This document shows, one piece after another, positions 58,375 to 64,000 of a DNA stretch of 64,000 bases. The first letter of the stretch is position 1. Every line of letters begins with the position of its first letter. The position numbers and the translations under genes were made by a program. The notes under the pieces are model-generated. The model was not told the origin of the DNA, did not search any database, and saw only the letters and a list, made by a program, of their open reading frames with translations. The stretch comes from Candidatus Komeilibacteria bacterium (GTDB lineage: Bacteria; Patescibacteriota; Patescibacteriia; UBA1558; 2-01-FULL-52-15): assembly GCA_043801745.1 (NCBI GenBank), contig JAZDLR010000010.1, positions 10,509 to 74,508 on the forward strand. Direction: 5' to 3'.

Positions 58375-60927
58375 TTATTCCAACTTATTACTTGTTGGTG
58401 AACCTTCAGATTCCACCTCAGAGCCACCAGAAGCAGCTTCACTACTGCCGCCAGAACTTGAACCAGAAGGTTCAGTGTCGATCTTGTCACTACCGGCAGC
58501 AGCCTGCTTTTCCCTTTCAGCCTCTTGTTTGGCATGTTCATCTAAATTATTAACCATCTGCTTCATTATGACTGACTCCTTTGATATCGGTTTCTCGGAT
58601 TTGTTAAAATAATTTGTTACAGCCTCAACATCATTAACAGAATTAGGATCATTAGGATCACGTCCCTGATCATCAGACACAGCCACAGTGCCGATATAAT
58701 CACCATTTAATAAAGTTTTGGCTAATTTTTGTTCCTTGGCATTTAATCCACCGGCAGTATCAATCTTGCCACGTAGTTTACTTATGGCGGCGGCCTTAGC
58801 TCTACTGGTTTTTTCCGGATCACCGGTACGCGCCATTTGAATAAATTGATTAGAAGTCATATGTGGGGCTGCCGCCTCAATACTATCAATATGAATACCG
58901 GCGGCTTGTTCTGGTGTCAATTTACCTACTAATTCTTCCATAGTCATTAACTGGTCATCTTTTACGGTTTCCTTACCATTAGCATCTATTACTTTAATTT
59001 TGACCTTATCGGTGGAGACATATCGTTCAATATTCTTGCTGTCAACTTGAGCGCCCAACGTCCTTAATTCGCGTCTCTCCTTAATGTTTTCATCTCCGCC
59101 GGCATCGGCCAAATTTGCCGCGCCCGAGACTGCCACGCCATAATTTTTCTTTTCACGATCAGTCATCTTTGGCGCCAAAGCCGCCAGTTGCTTGTTAGTA
59201 ATACCGGCTTCACGGGCAATCCTCATTAACTGCGGGGTCCAATTCCAACGGGCGGCAAATTTTTCAAAATCTCCCGCAGTATTAACGCCCCGTATAGTTT
59301 CTTTCGTTTTAGCCAGATCTCCTCCGGCATCGGGATATTTTTTCTGAAATTCCTCATAATGATCATGTGCCGGATCACCCTCGCCTGCCTGGCTCAATAC
59401 ACCATGGACCTTATTGCGCAACGCCTCCTTTTTCTTCAGATCCTTCATATAGGCGGACTTCTCATCAGTGTCATACTCTAGTTTCTGATCCTGATCCAAG
59501 CCATGACGTTTATCCAGCATCATAGCTGCCGCTTGAGCCTTCTCAGGATTAAGCGGAGTATTCATCGCGCGCTCCAACTCCTGATCAGTAGCGTAAGTCA
59601 TATCCTTATTATACTTAGCTGTACGTTCAGCTTTGGCCTGCCGATACTTTCTGGTTGCAGCCTGACCTACCTGAGAGTAGACAAATCCTCCTCCGGCATA
59701 CTTGACTGCACCACCTAGCACTCTACCACCCTTGGTAGCCATGGCCGCATTAATATTTTCGCGTAAATTCTGCATTGGCTGAGTTGAACCGATCTTACGC
59801 CCAACTTTGCCACCCAGAGCTGCTACGCCGAAACCAGCTGCCGCGCCAATACCCAAGGCAGTACCTTTAGCAAAATTAGTCATCTTACCCGACCACTGAT
59901 TAGCCATACCAGCACCAGCCACGCCAAGTTCCTGCGCTACTTTCAAACCGCCGATTAAAAGAGAAATACCCACGAAAAAACGCAACAGAGTAGCTACTAA
60001 AGGATTGCCTGAAGCGGTCGGACAGTCACCGGAACCGGTTGTTTCAGTAACGAAAGCATTTTGCGTATTGCTGCCGGCCGCGATTTTGGCAGCGGCCATT
60101 TCCTCATCTGTAGCGCCCTCTGACACCACCGGCACAGAAAGTGAGGCTTTCGTATCAGTCAGCTGTTGTGACAAACAACCCTGCACAGGGGTGGGTTGTG
60201 CAGAATTGGGTTGAACCACGGAAAAGCTTAACCATAGAAAGAAAGCTAAGGCCGGACCCACGGCCGCATAGTTACCCAACTCCCGCCACCAGCGTTGATA
60301 ATAAGTAAATCCGGTGGGCCAGGCGCTGAGCAGAAAAGCCACCGGCGCTAAAATAATAATAAAAGCAAAAGCAATAAGCCGGAAAAGGAAAATTAAAGAA
60401 ATAATAATAACGACTATCAGGGCCACCACCATCATAATGCCGCCCATCATAATCTGCACAAACACAGACAAGCCGCCGACAAACTGTTGTCCGGCTGTTC
60501 CGCTGACCAGGGTCATAACCGGAGTCAAACCTAATAATTGCGGAAAGCCGGCCTGGAGTGAATTCAGGAAAGCATTAACAAACGCCAAGGTTACTGCCTG
60601 AGAAACTTCAATAAAAAATAGAGCAATGGTTTTGCTGAAATTGATTAGGATAGCCATCAGAACCAAACGGCGCAGATTTTGCTGATAGCCGTAGCGGCTA
60701 CTGCGTAAAATTGTGCCTAAAGCAATAACCAAAAGAACAATAATAAAAAATAAATTACTAAGATCGCGGGTTACAGTCCAGCCGCGGTTAATAATCGTTT
60801 CATTGGCAAAATTCTGATAACTTAATACCCAAACCAAAACCCGGCTAACCAAAGTCAGTAACCAGCCAGGGATGTAGATCCACAGGAAATACCAGATTTG
60901 TGATAAGGCATCAACGATTGAAGGCAT
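58375..60927 (-). CDS. VirB6/TrbL-like polytopic membrane protein with long C-terminal tail
   Basis: GW..TRDLSN, ILINFS, RLI..I.LAPVAF..W..WW, Gly-rich post-TM segment. Confidence 0.85.
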   Translation of the reverse strand: MPSIVDALSQIWYFLWIYIPGWLLTLVSRVLVWVLSYQNFANETIINRGWTVTRDLSNLFFIIVLLVIALGTILRSSRYGYQQNLRRLVLMAILINFSKTIALFFIEVSQAVTLAFVNAFLNSLQAGFPQLLGLTPVMTLVSGTAGQQFVGGLSVFVQIMMGGIMMVVALIVVIIISLIFLFRLIAFAFIIILAPVAFLLSAWPTGFTYYQRWWRELGNYAAVGPALAFFLWLSFSVVQPNSAQPTPVQGCLSQQLTDTKASLSVPVVSEGATDEEMAAAKIAAGSNTQNAFVTETTGSGDCPTASGNPLVATLLRFFVGISLLIGGLKVAQELGVAGAGMANQWSGKMTNFAKGTALGIGAAAGFGVAALGGKVGRKIGSTQPMQNLRENINAAMATKGGRVLGGAVKYAGGGFVYSQVGQAATRKYRQAKAERTAKYNKDMTYATDQELERAMNTPLNPEKAQAAAMMLDKRHGLDQDQKLEYDTDEKSAYMKDLKKKEALRNKVHGVLSQAGEGDPAHDHYEEFQKKYPDAGGDLAKTKETIRGVNTAGDFEKFAARWNWTPQLMRIAREAGITNKQLAALAPKMTDREKKNYGVAVSGAANLADAGGDENIKERRELRTLGAQVDSKNIERYVSTDKVKIKVIDANGKETVKDDQLMTMEELVGKLTPEQAAGIHIDSIEAAAPHMTSNQFIQMARTGDPEKTSRAKAAAISKLRGKIDTAGGLNAKEQKLAKTLLNGDYIGTVAVSDDQGRDPNDPNSVNDVEAVTNYFNKSEKPISKESVIMKQMVNNLDEHAKQEAEREKQAAAGSDKIDTEPSGSSSGGSSEAASGGSEVESEGSPTSNKLE

Positions 60928-60936
60928 AAGTAATTA

Positions 60937-63900
60937 CTACAGTTGTGATTTCTTAATCATAATTATGGAGGGAGTAGCTCCACCATCGACTCCATAGTTT
61001 ATATAGCCTGCCGGCGTGCCTGCAAGATTAGTACAGCCCTGACCGATAGGACCCCAAGCATCATTAGAACACCAACCCCAATTATCTTGTAGCCGGACTT
61101 TGGGACGATAACAGGCATAGCCCGAGGGACAACCGGTCAGACCAGAAGCCGCGCCATCAAAAGCGGCACTATACTGATAAACATGAAAATAAGTACGGAT
61201 TGTTGGATCACAAGCCTGAGTGGTACCCGCAAACTCCAGAGAATAGTCCTCTCCCCAAGTAAAGGAGCACGTTTGTCCAGCGGGACAATCAGCATTAGCT
61301 GCGCAGGCCCGAGCTTTCGCTATTGAACAACGTCCGATTCTTTCAACAACAGTACCAGGATTACAGACCGGCCAGTTATTCTTGTAGTAGCCAACATTGG
61401 CTTGACGCGTGCCATCACCCCAATCGACTTCAATGGAACGCAGCGGCATACGGTACTTATTAGCCAAAGCGTAGAAAGAAATAGTAGCTAACATAGTGTT
61501 CTCATCTGACTTAATCTGTCCGGTCTTCTGATCATTGACTAAGAAGTTGCCAACAGTACCCAAATCACAACTTAAACTGGTAGCCGGGCAGTTGGGTTCG
61601 GCTATGATCGGGCCATAAGCCGGTTCGACGTAGCGCGAATTCGGACGAGAGGCATTAGCAATAGCTTTATAATTGTCCGATGTTGTTGGTAAAACTTTTG
61701 CCGCCTCAACCAAGGCAAAATCTTTAGTCATTGTTCCATCAAGCGGTAAGGCACTTTGCCTGATAGCGTCGGTTGAATTCGGATCACAACTAGGATTAGT
61801 ATCCGGATCACACAAGGGCTGATAACTATCTCTATCAGGAATGCAGAATGGTCTGGTATCAGTACTGCCGGCAGCTACTGGCACCTGAATATCACCAGCA
61901 TATTTGCAGGTAGCGGGAAAATTGCAGGTAGCATCACCCACAGGAATTTCCTGACCTAAATTATTGAGCTGACCCGGTATATCACAGCGGACCGATCTAC
62001 TAGTGAAATCCGGACCCTGACAATATTTTGCTTCTGGTTGGCACACAGCCGAAGAATTAAGGGCTAGTATTGAAACCTCGCAACTATCGCCCGCTAAAGC
62101 TCCGCTCAGAAAGTACCATCTAGTACAAGAACCAACAGCTACACAATCTGCTCCATTACAACAAGATGTACCGCTGAGATCTAAATCCAAATAACTATAA
62201 AATTTATCACCAGAGGTATCACAGCTATAGGCACTAGCATCAACCTGACAGACATGACTATCAGCATAGCCCGGTCCGCTCTTGCACTGTTTTAATCCTC
62301 CAGCAGCATCAACGCAAGAAAAGTCCGGCGCATAAGGAGTACAATCAACGGCGCATTTCATTTCCGATTCAGGATCACTACTACAACTATGATCCGGCTG
62401 TAATTCAAAGCCGGCGGGACAAGTATGACAAGCACTTCCATCCGTAGCTGATTTTTCACAGTGTGCCGCTACAGTTTGACAGGAATTACCCTCTAACTTA
62501 CAGCCCGCAGATGATCCCAAGACTGAACAAGCATTACCGCCGTTAGGACCGCCATCACAAAGCAAATAAGCGCAAGACTTACCAATGGCATAACGGTAAA
62601 TACCAAATAATTTCTGATAAATCTGTTTTAGGCGGTTAACACCAACATCATAAGTATCAGCCGGTGAGCCAGCCTTATTGCCAAACCCCGGATCAGTCCA
62701 GCCTTTGATATACAAATTACTTTTGGCATCAGCTAAGGACTGACACTGGCTGCGGTCAGAATTACAGGCATAAGGACTGCCGGCGCGTGGTAGCTCGCCT
62801 CGATTCTTAACAGTCAAACCACTAAATTGTTGAGGCACAAAGCCCGAACCAGGAACAACCGAACCATAGGGAGTATCATCACGCTCCAGGGTATAACCCT
62901 GTATGGCAGGGGTAAAATTTATAGCATAAGGTTGTCCGTTCTGTTTATAATCGGACCAGAATAAATTAGTTTTGGCCGCATTATCGCCGCGCTCGTTAAC
63001 GGCCGCGGCCAAATAGGTACACAAAGGCCTGGGCCAGCTTTCAGCGTTAAAGAAGGTGCCGCGGGTCCCATCACAACGTTCATTAGAATTTGAACATTGG
63101 AGATAATCAGTCGCTCCATCATAATAACCCAAACAGTAATCAGCATAGCCCAGATGGGCCTTTTTACCTTTTTCAACATAATCAGGATAATCAACGTAAC
63201 CGATAATATCGGGGTTATTTAAACACACCGACTTACCGTTAATAGTAGCCACGGGATAAACATCATGAGCCTGATCACTACCCATGTCTTGAAAAGGGAG
63301 AAATATAAAACGATCATGCCCAATACTGCCCCCCATTGGCTCCCGGAAAGTGGAGCCATCTTTGTTATACATAGCATAGTAATCACCAATATCTTTAAGC
63401 TTCATCTTGGCAGTTACCCAATGCCAACGGTCCTCCACAATAACCGATTCCGCGCAATAATAAGCCGGCGCTTTCAAATTATAACCGGCATCACGGTTCT
63501 GATTAAAGTAATCAATACCGCCCAGAGCATTATCAACCGGCAGCCAGGACAAACAGGCAAATTCTGAAGCTGAACCATTAATGGAGGTGGAATAATCCGG
63601 CTCCAGACAATACCCGCCCCAGTTCAAGAAGATATCACTGCGCGTTAAGTAGGCTGGGCTACCACCCGGACATTGATCGGAAAGAGAAATATCCTCATCT
63701 TTGACCTTCTCCACCACAGTACAAGTCTTACCGTCTAGATTACCGCCCGAACAAATACAGGAAGGCACTTCATTATTGCCCAAAGTTCCATTGATAGAGA
63801 AGAAGCGCGTCAAGTTCTGACCCGAACCGTATTGTAATTTATAATATCCGGGCTCACAGGAAGCAACAGAACTGTCACAAATACCGGCCTGCTGAAAACC

Positions 63901-64000
63901 AAACTTGATTCTCTTCTGCTGACCCGAAGTACTGGACATAACACTCTGGGGAAAAGGACTGTCGGTTTCCGCGTAACCCCTGGCAGTTGGCTTAATGACA
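60937..64000 (-). CDS. Giant Cys-rich surface protein, 5'-partial
   Basis: Frame stays open from 63939 to the window edge; dense Cys repeats; C-terminal VDWGDG..HVY..RLQDNWGWC PKD-like module. Confidence 0.85.
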   Translation of the reverse strand, partial: VIKPTARGYAETDSPFPQSVMSSTSGQQKRIKFGFQQAGICDSSVASCEPGYYKLQYGSGQNLTRFFSINGTLGNNEVPSCICSGGNLDGKTCTVVEKVKDEDISLSDQCPGGSPAYLTRSDIFLNWGGYCLEPDYSTSINGSASEFACLSWLPVDNALGGIDYFNQNRDAGYNLKAPAYYCAESVIVEDRWHWVTAKMKLKDIGDYYAMYNKDGSTFREPMGGSIGHDRFIFLPFQDMGSDQAHDVYPVATINGKSVCLNNPDIIGYVDYPDYVEKGKKAHLGYADYCLGYYDGATDYLQCSNSNERCDGTRGTFFNAESWPRPLCTYLAAAVNERGDNAAKTNLFWSDYKQNGQPYAINFTPAIQGYTLERDDTPYGSVVPGSGFVPQQFSGLTVKNRGELPRAGSPYACNSDRSQCQSLADAKSNLYIKGWTDPGFGNKAGSPADTYDVGVNRLKQIYQKLFGIYRYAIGKSCAYLLCDGGPNGGNACSVLGSSAGCKLEGNSCQTVAAHCEKSATDGSACHTCPAGFELQPDHSCSSDPESEMKCAVDCTPYAPDFSCVDAAGGLKQCKSGPGYADSHVCQVDASAYSCDTSGDKFYSYLDLDLSGTSCCNGADCVAVGSCTRWYFLSGALAGDSCEVSILALNSSAVCQPEAKYCQGPDFTSRSVRCDIPGQLNNLGQEIPVGDATCNFPATCKYAGDIQVPVAAGSTDTRPFCIPDRDSYQPLCDPDTNPSCDPNSTDAIRQSALPLDGTMTKDFALVEAAKVLPTTSDNYKAIANASRPNSRYVEPAYGPIIAEPNCPATSLSCDLGTVGNFLVNDQKTGQIKSDENTMLATISFYALANKYRMPLRSIEVDWGDGTRQANVGYYKNNWPVCNPGTVVERIGRCSIAKARACAANADCPAGQTCSFTWGEDYSLEFAGTTQACDPTIRTYFHVYQYSAAFDGAASGLTGCPSGYACYRPKVRLQDNWGWCSNDAWGPIGQGCTNLAGTPAGYINYGVDGGATPSIIMIKKSQL

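Noticed and set aside
1-64000. Alternative genetic code (UGA=Gly, as in Gracilibacteria/Absconditabacteria)
   Set aside because: TGA ends conserved genes at the expected positions (pilD, gatC), and long genes are uninterrupted under the standard code.

Overview
Chromosomal window from a Patescibacteria (CPR)-type bacterium, standard genetic code. The lineage is inferred from the gene set: monoderm-type T4P cluster without secretin, PrgI/VirB4/VirB6 module, giant Cys-rich surface proteins, many leaderless genes. (1) Bases 1-6346 are an apparently foreign island with strong Shine-Dalgarno sites. It encodes a divergent ArgRS-like protein (HVGH motif at bases 4-15, gene runs off the left edge), an APH-type kinase, a HIT hydrolase, an orphan NrdG-like radical SAM enzyme, a histidine phosphatase, a 74-aa protein, and a full-length but catalytically degenerate homologue of the eukaryote-type bifunctional 6-phosphofructo-2-kinase/fructose-2,6-bisphosphatase. 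This island is the best candidate for an undescribed system. (2) Bases 6.5-14 kb: GIY-YIG gene with a hairpin cluster, dsbA-doxX-dsbA-lgt, ligA-gatC-gatA. (3) Bases 14-29 kb: complete type IV pilus locus. It includes a pilin cassette bracketed by inverted repeats, a MITE inserted in frame into a prepilin leader, a PilT with degenerate ATPase motifs and a PilN with two PilM-binding motifs. (4) Bases 29-38.5 kb: four secreted proteins, three sharing a repeated fibre-like module. (5) lemA-htpX, clpC, comF. (6) Bases 44-54 kb and 57-64 kb: CPR T4SS-like genes, including a pilin-peptidase fusion and an orphan Pycsar-effector-like protein, split by trm11-like/rpsF-ssb-rpsR-efp. No rRNA, tRNA or CRISPR array was recognised. 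All family calls are by-eye motif recognition, not database searches.
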